DNA of 63,871 nucleotides, filler included, from Octopus bimaculoides (Eukaryota): assembly GCF_001194135.2 (NCBI RefSeq). It is 7 parts of 6 records of this genome, joined end to end, with 100 filler letters (N's around TTAATTAATTAA, not from the genome) between each part and the next. Parts side by side here need not be neighbours in the genome. Positions count along the whole stretch, not along the records: positions 19,849 to 46,902 come from NC_068999.1; positions 47,003 to 56,596 come from NC_068981.1; 5 more parts are not named here. One strand, given 5' to 3'. A program made the translations under genes and the position numbers. The notes below the pieces were generated by a model. That model worked only from the letters and a program-made list of their open reading frames with translations. It was not told where the DNA came from and made no database searches. Shown in pieces: positions 38,381 to 50,409 of the stretch. Numbering within the stretch: the stretch's first letter is position 1; each line of letters starts with the position of its first letter.

Positions 38381-38754
38381 CTCTTTTACTTGTTTCAGTC
38401 ATTTGACTGCGGCCATGCGGCAGCACCGCCTTTAGTCGAGCAAATCAACCCCTCGACTTATTCTTTGGAAGCCTAGTACTTATTCTATCGAACTCTTTTG
38501 CCGAACCGCTAAGTTACGGGGACGTAAACATACCACCATCGGTTGTCAAGCGATGTTGGGGGGACAAACACAGACACACAAACACATACACACACATACA
38601 TACATATACATATATATACATATATACGACGGGCTTCTTTCAGTTTCCGTCTACCAAATCCACTCACAAGGCTTTGGTCGGCCCGAGGCTATAGTAGAAG
38701 ACACTTGCCCAAGGTGCCACGCAAGCTACCTACCACACAGCCACTCCTGCGCCT
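38381..38754 (-). mobile_element. SINE family B, nearly full length, with B-box region deleted
   Basis: Head AGGCGCAGGAGTGGCTGTGTGGTAGGTAGCTTGC joins directly to GTGGCACCTTGGGCAAG; internal CA/TA microsatellite; tail GACTGAAACAAGTAAAAGAG. Confidence 0.92.
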
Positions 38755-39968
38755 TGTTTAAATAATTTATTTTTACTTAATAGACTCACTTCACCTAATA
38801 CGTTAAATATCTGTATTTCCTTTAAAATGTGCCGCGAATAAGGTAACAAATGTGGAGAATCATTTGCTCAAGAAGGTACTCCAGAGTGAAAGCATTAAGA
38901 ATAATTACGAGAGAGTATGGGCAATTTCCTAGCTGAAGGTGAAGAACTGTAAATGTTTGTAAAAGGGAGCGGAGAAAGGAATGTAAAATATTTTAAACAC
39001 TGGGAGGAAGTTCAGCCGAAAAAGCTGCCGTGTCACATTTCTACACTGTCGGGGTGAAAATAGAATCTACAACCTCCACTATCTCTATTATTAACTAAAA
39101 CACACTGAACATTCTCCATTATGGCCAAACCACTTTCTCAACCGTATTTTCAGCTCGAACCAGTTCGAAAGTTTCTACATGGTCGTTCGACCAAGTAGAA
39201 ATAGGAGCTAAATTTCTCAACTCACACCCTATCCTCTTACTGAAGAAGAGATGCATTAGGTAATGTAATTTGCAATCCTTTGAATAATTGGAATGGTCAT
39301 GACTAGAAAATTTTTGAGAAAAGAACTGCTCAGTTATAGCCAGCCTAGGGCCAAAAAACAAGAACAATAATATTTACCCACCAACAGCCACCCCGTTTTA
39401 ACAACATACAACATCTGTCCCATATAATACTTCTCACTTTTTTCCATCACTATCATGAAAGCCATCCACACTACGGCCAAGTCTCTACCACTCCCATCAC
39501 CATCACCTTCACCATCACCACCACCACCACCATCACAAATACACCACAGCAACACATCGTAACTAACTACTTCCCGCGTTGTCTCTTTACTCTATATCTC
39601 CCCTCCCCCACCCGCTATGTATCACTTTTCCGATCTCCATTTACGGTTTGTTTTGCTTCTTCACCTTCAAACTTTGTTTTTGCCACCTTCCCTCAGTATC
39701 TACTCACACTGATACTCCTGCACACATTGTTCTATTAATCAGCTTGACTGCGCCTGTCATATATCAGCTATGCTCTGTGTTAAAGTTAGAGAAAAGATTA
39801 ACTATACACCTGAGTCCTCTGTGATATATAGCTGTCCGGTGGACATCTCACCAAAAACGAAGGACAAGAGAGGTGGTGAGAAAAAAATAGAGAGAAATGA
39901 AGAAGGGGAGTGAGAGAAAGAGAGGGAAGGAGAGAGAGATAGAGAGATAGAGAGATAGATAGAGATAG

Positions 39969-40018
<50 letters not shown>

Positions 40019-40099
40019 AGCTAGCTTTGGTGTTTGAGAGAGAAGTAATTTTGGGGAGGTGCAAAAGCACTTTCAGTTGACGAAAACTTGCATAATATA

Positions 40100-40317
40100 C
40101 GCAAGGCCCGAAATTTTTGGGGAGGGGACCAGTCGATTAGATCAACCCCAGTACGCAAATGCTAACGTTTCTTATTTCTTTATTGCCCACAAGGGACTAA
40201 ACATAGAGGGGACAAACAAGGACAGACAAAGGGATTAAGTCGATTACATCAACCCCAGTGCGTAACTGGTACTTAATTTATTGACCNNNNNNNNNNNNNN
40301 NNNAGGATGAAAGGCAA
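40100..40317 (-). mobile_element. SINE family A 3' portions (two tail variants), interrupted at 40318
   Basis: GGGGACCAGTCGATTAGATCAACCCCAGT and GGATTAAGTCGATTACATCAACCCCAGTGCGTAACTGGTACTTAATTTA...GGATGAAAGGCAA. Confidence 0.85.
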
Positions 40318-40780
40318 GGATCTTTTTGGTTTGACGGGTAACATTTTTCATTAATGTTTTATGTAGTGTTTTTGGTACCGAAACACTTTCAAACTTCGTA
40401 TACTTGTATATTTTGTATTATAGAACAGATAAAAATTTTCATATTCGAAGTTATTTCATGTAAAAAGTTGTCGTGTTTCGGTAATTTCAACCAATCACTG
40501 ACGTCTATTGAGGTGAAAACAATTACTGCCGTGGAATGTAAACAACGGTGTTATGGGATCTTTTCCTTTGAATAAAATTAGTGCCGTTGTTTGTCAACAA
40601 CAACTACCTGTGTTACTCTTATTTATGACATCATTCATGCGTTTGTACTGGTTTTAGCTTTAGGGTTTTAGGGTTAGGGTTCAGGTTTTAGAGTTAGGGT
40701 TAGTTTTAGGGTTACGGTTAGGATTATGATTATTTTTGCCATAACCGCACTCATAACCATAACCCTAAAACACCAACTCC
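40318..40780. mobile_element. Second GGATCTTTT-type element with degenerate TTAGGG/CCCTAA tracts
   Basis: Homologous to 8428-8620; TTAGGG-like run at about 40655-40720 followed by an inverted CCCTAA-like run at 40754-40770. Confidence 0.6.
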
Positions 40781-42747
40781 ACACCTCACTTTACCTATCA
40801 GTAATAAGTAGTATATCATCTGAGAATGTTACCTGCAACAGACTGCTTTCCTACATTTCTGTCTAGGAACATACTGTTTGATTCACTTAAAACCATGAAA
40901 CTCTTAAGCAGTGACTGTGTGTCTACTAGAGACATATTATTCACTGAGTAACATAATATTGACTTACATCTGAAACTAATTTTTCACTAATTTGGGGTTG
41001 CTGAATCCAAATCTCAAATGGATTTCTGTCTACCACGTCAATGTTTTGTTCTCTGACATACCCTATTATTTAAAATAATTACTGTGAAAAAGTACCCAAT
41101 TATAACAACACTAGCCAACACATCTGTAACGATCAAATGTAATGCTTTATATTTGTGCATGTTCACACGTCGGCTTCACCAATTACAACGATCGTGTTTA
41201 ACGATAATATGCACCGAATAAATGAGAGAAGATATTAATTGTTAATTGAAATGGTCCTTTATTTATTATCGTCATTATCACAAAGTAAGTTACAACAACT
41301 TAGAGTTGTGGTACACAGGATTCTGTAGATAGCTTCATCTGTGGGTGACTATTTGAGAAAGAAAGAATAAGAGAATCTAGACAGACAAAAAAAGTAAGAG
41401 CTCTTGTGTCACACGTTGATAGGCATACTTGAAGTGAGAAAGAGAGATGCTCTCTGACCAGCGGTCAAAGGATCAAAAAGATAGAACTGATTTTTATCTA
41501 TATTTTTTGTACTACATTAGACTACGTTAAACAAAGGATTTTCCCGCTTTGACTCATGTATGACTCGAAAACAGTTAAGAGGTTAGTTTACTTATATAAA
41601 TTTTCTAGTGCAAGAGGCAGGAACAATAGGAAATGTAGATTCGGTTTCGAAAAGTGTTCAACAGCAATGGAATATTTTGATGTTAGGATGAAAACATATT
41701 TATATTCCTAGTGGCCACCATAAGAAATAAAAGACTGCAACATTCGCCGCTTAGATCAGAAAAGTTTCGCTTGAAGTTTCCCCAGAGAAAAACATTCCGA
41801 AAAATGTTGTTACTAGAAAATGTTGCCACTCAAATTCACTGGATGGAAGCTAAGATAACATCATGTGTAATGAAAAGAGGAATAGTGAGACTCTAGCAGA
41901 AAATGGAAAGGACAGCGACTTGTATTACGACGACACAGACATAAAGCCAGAAGAATAGTTTCTCAAGTGGATGATGTAGAAGAGTGACGCAGAATTTGAA
42001 AGAATTTGAGACTATATACTCATCTATATGTGTATCTATATATTATAAAGTTTAAATTGTATTGCATTGAATTGTATATTTTGTTATACTTATAAATACA
42101 ACAGTGTAATGTTTTTTTAAATATTAAATTTTTAATAAATGTGGCAACGGAAAATCTTTGCAACTTAAAATCGTGTATTATAAGCATTGGGCCCCTAGAC
42201 TATTGAGACCCTCATGCAACTACCTAGTGAGCTCATAACTTAAGCCGGCATACTTACGTAGGGTTTCCTTCAACCTCTCATAAATTTTGAAGAAAAGGCT
42301 TTTAGTTTTTTTAAAAAATAGTTCCTCAGTTCCTATAACGCTAACTTAATTGAAGAATTCAGTAATTCGGACATTAAAAGAAAAATTTTCTTTCACTATT
42401 TACTTTAACTGAAATGAAAAAAAAAAAAAAGCATTGTTCTTTGGTGTATGTTAGCTAAAATGTTCAGCAATTTCAGACCTTGAAAAGATGAACTGTAAAG
42501 TCATAACAGAATGAAGATCGCATTCAAAGGTAGTACTACTAAGTGGCTTCTTGGATATTTCGTAGACTTTGTGATTTCGTCTTCGGAACATGTTTAAAGG
42601 AAGGAACAATGCTCCAGACTGGTCTGGCCCAGTCATTTAGAAATGAGTAGAACGACTCTGAAGGAGGTTAGTTGTGAGGACACAGACCCAATAGAAACCT
42701 TACAATTGGGGAAGCAGTGGAAGAGACTATACCGCGAATAGAAGCCA

Positions 42748-42804
<57 letters not shown>

Positions 42805-42875
42805 ATTATTTAACATCTATATAATTAACTAGCTACCTGTCCGCCTGTCTGTCTCTATGCATCTATCGATCTGTC

Positions 42876-42961
42876 TGTCTATCTTTCGCTTCCCCTCCCT
42901 CTATGTACGTAACTGTTTGTCTATCTTTCGCTTCCCCTCCCTCTATGTACGTAACTGTTTG

Positions 42962-42968
<7 letters not shown>
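42876..42968. repeat. 42-bp perfect tandem duplication within a TCTA/TCTG microsatellite field
   Basis: TGTCTATCTTTCGCTTCCCCTCCCTCTATGTACGTAACTGTT at 42876 and 42918. Confidence 0.95.
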
Positions 42969-43051
<83 letters not shown>

Positions 43052-43474
43052 AACCCAATAACCTAAGAGAGATAGTATTCTATCATTGTCTTCAATTACG
43101 TGGTTGTTAATAGTTTCCAAAACTTCTATATGCTACGACAGACGTTCACATTATACTTGTATATTTCGTCAACTGTTGCCCTGTCGTTTAAAACTTTTGT
43201 GACCTGTTGGTGCAAGCATGCCGTCTTAAGGTATGGACCGGCAGTTGACTGAGGGCCTCAAAGATCTGGGGGCTCAATGCTAGTCTATGTATATTGTGGC
43301 TTACTGTCAATAAATTAATACTATCGGCTCGGTGGCATTCCGTTGCCCTAATCATAAATATCTTTCCAAGGTGTAACACTTGAACTTCATCACTACGGTT
43401 AACATTACTTGAGAGATAAAACAAAAAATTTATTAACTACAGCAATATTAACAGCTTCTAAAGATAGCTTTATG

Positions 43475-43638
43475 CAATCGTTTACCTTGTTGGAAATAGC
43501 AGACAAATTTCGTTTTTAAACTGGAAGGACTTATTGAACAATGTCTTAGAAATATAAAACGATGGGATGGCCATAGCTGGAATGCTTTAGATATTAAATC
43601 TACTCTGTCGCAGCTAACCTGGGACTAAACAACAACAA
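43475..43638 (+). mobile_element. Short interspersed repeat family C
   Basis: GGAAATAGCAG...GATGGGATGGCCATAGCTGGAATGC...CCTGGGACTAAACAACAAC. Confidence 0.55.
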
Positions 43639-45048
43639 AAATAATTGCTGTAACAATAACACCAAGACATTGTAATGGCGGGACGTGAAGTTTAGGAGTG
43701 GCGGTCGAGAGCAATGTTGTGTATATGAGTTGATTATTAAGAAGATAATGTTGTAGAGTAGGTAATGAGAGTGGGAGTGATGGGTTGCAACTAATTATAG
43801 AGGGAGTCACCACAATGGAGGGAATGTCTCCAATGATTTACTAACACAATGATTCATCAACGAAGCTGTAGACAAAACACATGTCCAGGCAGGTTACCTT
43901 CTGTCTGTGGTCACCTTCTGTGATGGCGGCGGCGTTGGCGGCGACGACGGAGGTAGTGGTGTTGGTGATGGCGGGGACGGCGGCAATGGACAATTTGCAA
44001 ACATTGAAGCTCTGTGCTGAAAATGTCTCAAATAGGTTTATCATTTGTTGCTGCTATAGGTAAACGAGGATTGGAAAGATGAGAAGAATAAGAAAGAGGA
44101 AGAAAAAAGATAAGAATATAAAAAGGGGTGAGGAGGAGAAAGTGGGAGAGTGGAAGAAGTGTAGGAGAGAGGGAGAAAAGAAGAGAAAGATGAGAAAAAT
44201 AATAAGAAGGAAGAATTACACAAAAAGAGAAAGTAAAGAACAAAGGAAGACGAGTAAAGGAGGGGGAGCAGCAGGAGCAGCAGAGGAGAGAATAGATAAA
44301 AAGAAGTGGAAGGGTAAGAGAAAAGTAAAGAAATAAGAGAAAATAATTAAAACGTTGAAGTTTTTCTTGTTTTTCTTCAGTTGTGAGTTGAGTCATCTGC
44401 CTCAATCCCACTCAATAGTGTCACCTCCCCACTCACTTCCCACTTCCTTTCTTCACCCCAACACTAAGGATTGGAATATCATTCAGGTGTCTTACGGAAA
44501 TCAATGGCCAGTATCACAAATTAACTGTGTCGCCAGCCTCTTTCATCTAACACGCGTGCACACACACACACAGACGTACATACATACATACATACATACA
44601 TACATACATACATACATAATGCATGCATACATAATGCATGCATACATATACCCACAAACACAAATAACATGCACACACACACATACACACAAACCCCCAC
44701 AAAAGACTTCCATTGAATCAGAAAAAACATTGTTCAGAAAAGACAGTAAACACATCCCACCTCCTCCTACATCCCATCACCAAAAACAACAACTACAAAA
44801 ACAATCGATACGCAATTAAGAAACCCATTTTTAATGGAAACATTTATCCATTTATCAATTTATCAAAACAAAATGAAATAAAAGTCCTTGTTTCTCGCTA
44901 CTGGGGGAAAAACTGTGTTTACAGACGGAACGGGACATTTGGTCATCACTGATTTATGAATAGATTAGCAGATCAATCGATCGAGAGATCGATTAATGGA
45001 TAGCTAGATATAGACAGAGAGGTAGTCTGATAAAGCGCTAGACGCACA

Positions 45049-45092
<44 letters not shown>

Positions 45093-45599
45093 AAAGTAAA
45101 AAAAAAAACTTTCTCAATGTAGTCACTATATTTGAAAAAAAATATTTTTTAATTAAAAATTATAATATAAATAAATCTTTGAATGAAAGCAGATTAACAC
45201 AACTTAATGAAAAATGGTTTTGTGTTAGCGCTGTCGCTTTCTTCAGCTTTTCAAACACACGTATACAGTAAATCTTTCTATGTTGTTGTTTATATAGGAG
45301 TAATTGTGTTCGGTAGTAGTTGTGATGCTTTGGATTGAATATCTTCATAAAATATTCTTCTTATGCCTTTCGTAACTGATAAATTTCTTCCTTTATTTTG
45401 AAGAAAGAAAAAAAAAGAGAGAGGGGTAATATTTTGAATTTTGCATTCGCACAAATGCCTATCTGTTCACTACATGTAACATTCCTGACAGATGGATTCT
45501 TGATTTGTTGTGTAAGTATTTTGATCTGATCTGATCTGTTAACCCTTCTTGGCTGATACAGCTTGCATTGCAGTAAATAAGATGTTTGTTTTGCTAGTC

Positions 45600-46470
45600 A
45601 CATTTACATTATGCTTGAATTCTTTCTCATTCTTGAAAGTTTTTGGTTTTTGCCCTGTGCAGTTAAATCACAAGTCCTACAACGAAGGTTTTCGCATTTT
45701 ATTACCTGCATTATTTTACCGATGTAAGATTTCGCCTTTGTTAAGAGTCCTAATATTTGGTGGATGTCTTCGACTGCTAACGTATTCATGCATGGTCTTC
45801 TGTTATATACTCTTATCTTTTTATCTGATGATACGTTGCAGAAGAGTTGAGTGACTTCTTTGGACATGTATTCAAGGTTATCAGACAAGGAATGCTACTC
45901 AAGGAGTTGCTTTCCAAGTCTCATGATGTTATCTGCCTCGTGTATGCAAACTTGGTCCAGGGGTGCACTTTGACAATTGGTGGTTAAGAGACGTTGCCGA
46001 AAGGATGTGATATGATATTCAAAGGCATTCTACCCCCTTATTTTCGTTTTAGGTAGAAGCGGCTTACGTCGCTGTTGATATGGAAATTATGTGTGCTGGT
46101 TAGTATTTTCTGGTTTGGCACCTCAATGGCTCGGATCTCATCAAGCGTCCAATCAAGTAGCCCAAATGTTGGTGTGAGTACTGGTACTGCAAACACATTG
46201 TGGGCCACTGTTTTATTGAATGCATAGGGTTCCGAGGTCCATATTTTCTTTATTCGACTAATATTCTTTAGTGACATGTTCCTTGTTATGGGTACTATTG
46301 TAAGATATGTTTTCATCTACCCCTAGGTACCTGTAGCATTCCTCATTAGATATAGAGGAAATAGTTAAGCCATTGATGGAGATGCTGTAAAATAGGTAAT
46401 CGTGAGTTAGTTCCAAGTTTGAATAAATAATACAGTTATAGGTAATGTCTAGTTGCAGTTTCAAATAAGA
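45600..46470 (-). mobile_element. Second, divergent R4/Dong-clade retrotransposon fragment (RT thumb and downstream region)
   Basis: ECYRYLGVDENISY....NKEHVTKEY; IKKIWTSE..AFNKTVAHNVFAVPVLTPTFGLLDWTLDEI; ILT.THNFHINSDVSRFYLKRK; downstream LRCRTC resembles the zinc-knuckle C..C. Confidence 0.85.
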
Positions 46471-46843
46471 ATTTCAATGATAATCCAGGATGACATTATA
46501 TGTCATCTGCTATTCTTCATTCTTTATCTGTCTAGATACATCTACCCCGTAACCTCTTTCGACTACCCTACCACTATACTGACTAGTATATATCTACGCG
46601 ACTACATAAACGTCTGTTTTTCCCCCACACTGTAAAAATAATATCCCTATTCAACCCTCATCCATTCACTATTCAAAATTGGAACTAGTAACCTTGCCAT
46701 GGATACCTATTTTACACATTCTTATTTTACCTCCATTTTTTGACAAACTGGAATATACTAATATCCTTGACTGGGGATGTTCCCTCATCTTTACACCTCT
46801 CAAGTGATTTCAAACGTTTTGCTTTTCATTTTCATGTACATAG

Positions 46844-46902
<59 letters not shown>

Positions 46903-47326
46903 NNNNNNNNNNNNNNNNNNNNNNNNNNNNNNNNNNNNNNNNNNNNTTAATTAATTAANNNNNNNNNNNNNNNNNNNNNNNNNNNNNNNNNNNNNNNNNN
47001 NNTATATATATGAATTTATATTTTCAAAAACATCAGTATGCAGAGTAACTTCGAAGTATTGGCAATGTAAACAATCATGATGGCTTAGATATTCGAAACT
47101 TCGATATTCGAAGTCAATGTCAATGCTGTTGTTGTTAAAGAATAATAAAGTTGTACTCTGCCAAATATATTGTGTATTACTTAAATTCAGTCATGGTTTA
47201 TCATAGCATAAAAAGAAACATTAATATATGTGTGTATGTATGTATGTATGTATGTATCTATCTATGTAGTATGTATGCGTGTATTTATCTATCTATCTTT
47301 CACTGTGTCTCTCTCTTATTCTTTTA

Positions 47327-47705
47327 TTCTAAAACTTGTTTCAGTTATTTGTCTGCGACTCTGCCGAAGCACTGCCTTTAGTCTAAGAAATCCCAACTAG
47401 AACGTATTCCTTGTAAGCCTAGTACTTATTCTATCGGGCCTATTTGCCGAACTGCCAAGTTACGGGGACGTCAACACACCAAAATCGGTTGTCAAGTGAC
47501 GATGGGGGACAACACATATACTTAAATATAGATAAATATATACAAGGTGCTGCTTTCAGTTTCCATCTACTAAATCCTCTCACATGGCTTTGGTTGGCTC
47601 GAGGCTGTAGTAAAAGACACTTGGCCAAGGTGCCACGCAGTTGAACTGAACCTAGAAATATGTGGTTGGTAAGTAAGCTTCTTCCCAAAAGCCACTGTTG
47701 CGCCT
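47327..47705 (-). mobile_element. SINE family B, full length, older copy
   Basis: Head AGGCGCAACAGTGGC...GGTTCAGTTCAACTGCGTGGCACCTTGGCCAAG; body TTACGGGGACGTCAACACACC on the + strand. Confidence 0.88.
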
Positions 47706-47713
47706 AAAATATC

Positions 47714-47801
47714 TGCCCCGGGTGTGGATCGTACTCATGACCTTTAGAATCCTCTTATTTGAGACGAGATTATGAAACTGACGTGCTGCCCACTGCGCTA
47801 C
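47714..47801 (-). tRNA. Elongator tRNA-Met(CAU)-like gene with a 21-nt intron; lacks the first 6 nt, probably a pseudogene
   Basis: The minus strand reads G TA GCGC AGTGGGCA GCAC G TCAGT TT CAT A [ATCTCGTCTCAAATAAGAGGA] T TCTAA AGGTC ATGAG TACGATC CACAC CCGGGGC A, then GATATTTT. Without the bracketed insert it matches the eukaryotic elongator tRNA-Met pattern; stem-breaking substitutions are present. Confidence 0.8.
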
Positions 47802-48753
47802 TATAATATATATANNNNNNNNNNNNNNNNNNNNNNNNNNNNNNNNNNNNNNNNNNNNNNNNNNNNNNNNNNNNNNNNNNNNNNNNNNNNNNNNNNNNNN
47901 NNNNNNNNNNNNNNNNNNNNNNNNNNNNNNNNNNNNNNNNNNNNNNNNNNNNNNNNNNNNNNNNNNNNNNNNNNNNNNNNNNNNNNNNNNNNNNNNNNNN
48001 NNNNNNNNNNNNNNNNNNNNNNNNNNNNNNNNNNNNNNNNNNNNNNNNNNNNNNNNNNNNNNNNNNNNNNNNNNNNNNNNNNNNNNNNNNNNNNNNNNNN
48101 NNNNNNNNNNNNNNNNNNNNNNNNNNNNNNNNNNNNNNNNNNNNNNNNNNNNNNNNNNNNNNNNNNNNNNNNNNNNNNNNNNNNNNNNNNNNNNNNNNNN
48201 NNNNNNNNNNNNNNNNNNNNNNNNNNNNNNNNNNNNNNNNNNNNNNNNNNNNNNNNNNNNNNNNNNNNNNNNNNNNNNNNNNNNNNNNNNNNNNNNNNNN
48301 NNNNNNNNNNNNNNNNNNNNNNNNNNNNNNNNNNNNNNNNNNNNNNNNNNNNNNNNNNNNNNNNNNNNNNNNNNNNNNNNNNNNNNNNNNNNNNNNNNNN
48401 NNNNNNNNNNNNNNNNNNNNNNNNNNNNNNNNNNNNNNNNNNNNNNNNNNNNNNNNNNNNNNNNNNNNNNNNNNNNNNNNNNNNNNNNNNNNNNNNNNNN
48501 NNNNNNNNNNNNNNNNNNNNNNNNNNNNNNNNNNNNNNNNNNNNNNNNNNNNNNNNNNNNNNNNNNNNNNNNNNNNNNNNNNNNNNNNNNNNNNNNNNNN
48601 NNNNNNNNNNNNNNNNNNNNNNNNNNNNNNNNNNNNNNNNNNNNNNNNNNNNNNNNNNNNNNNNNNNNNNNNNNNNNNNNNNNNNNNNNNNNNNNNNNNN
48701 NNNNNNNNNNNNNNNNNNNNNNNNNNNNNNNNNNNNNNNNNNNNNNNNNNNNN

Positions 48754-48788
<35 letters not shown>

Positions 48789-50226
48789 TAAACAATAAAT
48801 TAAATTGAGAGATAGGATTGGCAATCCAATAATTCATTTATATTATAATATAACATAACATACTATAAATATAATATAAGATAATATTTAAAAAATCATT
48901 GAAAAAACAAAAGAGCCAACAATTTGTTTCGAGTTATATACATTATTTGATTTATAAACAATTCAATTTTCTGATATAAATCTCATCAGATCTATGGTTT
49001 AACAATAGACAAAATTCTATGTGAAACGACGGCTGGATTGTAACAAAAAAATCAATTCAATTGCCTAGATATTATGCACGTGAGCGTTAACTTTTCAACT
49101 ACATAACAATTACAATTAAAAAACAACAAAATTATATTGGGCACAATAGAATCTACAACTCTCGAAATATATTTCTATATATCTCAAATATTATTAATCC
49201 AGACTCGTTTAGGCTGAAGTATCGTGTATTAAGTATCATGTAAAAATTAAGTATATAAATTAAGTATGAAGTCTTACTTAATCTAGAGAATGTAATAAAA
49301 CGTAATGTTAATATATAAGAACTCTTTCCTTTATTTAAGATTATTGATATTAAAAAAATTGCTTAAAGTAACCGACAAAAAATGTTCTTTATTTAGTTTA
49401 TCAGAGGGAGAATTCCGTAATAAATATGAAGATTAACCTAACAAAAATGTTCTTTATTTACTTAATTTATTGGAGGGAGCATTCGGTAATATATAAACTT
49501 AGAGCTACAATAACTACAATCTATATTAACCCATAGATATAGAGTTAGGCTATAATAATGGATATCAAAATATTACTAGATTTTTTTAGGTGCAACCAGA
49601 TTTGAAGTTACTTGAATAAGGATTATTGACAGTAACTAACAAGTAGATGTCCCTATATTTGTATATTATGTAAGGAAAACCTCAATAAATAAAAAAATTA
49701 ATATAAACAAAACGAGTATATCGAAAACTATAATTTATATTATTGTACTTTTTATATAAAGGACTATAAATAGTATATGTCAAAATGTTATTAATTCTTC
49801 CAGAAGTAACAAAACAATATTGTTGTAATATGAATACGCGTTATAAAATCTAGAATGCTAGAATTGTTATTGTTCTTATTAAATCTAGATAGTAAATCAA
49901 ATAAATCTATTCAATTTTTATTATTATTATTATTGTTGTTGTTGTTGTTGCTGTTGTTGTTGTTGTTGTTGTTGATGATGCTATTATTTATCAACATCAA
50001 TTAATTAATAAATTAAATGAATGTATTTATACATATAATTATTAAGAATAATGAAGAAATCTTATCTGTAGTAATTAATATTAAATTAGTAATATAATGA
50101 TGCATTTTACAGTAACTACAATAATCTGTACTAGAAAATTCTGAATTAATCCACTAAAAAATTAATTGAACATTATTATATAGACTAAGATAACAAAATT
50201 TAAAGATTTATATACAACCCCCAACG

Positions 50227-50284
<58 letters not shown>

Positions 50285-50409
50285 TGCACACACGCGTATA
50301 TACATATACATAGGTATATACATACAAGGAAATATATAGATGTATACAACCAAAATCTACACATAGATATACAAACCTATATAGAAACATATATGTTCTT
50401 CCTCTCCTT

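Noticed and set aside
41165-42255. hAT-like element suggested by a GGGCCCC...TAAGCCGGCA end
   Set aside because: No convincing matching TIR, TSD or transposase motif.
43881-44411. Low-complexity Ala/Gly/Thr and Arg/Lys/Glu-rich ORFs
   Set aside because: Translations of degenerate GGC/GGT and purine-rich simple repeats with no splice or domain support.
49055-49090. LPRYY peptide reminiscent of ssDNA phage replication proteins
   Set aside because: A five-residue match in a stop-ridden AT-rich frame is expected by chance.
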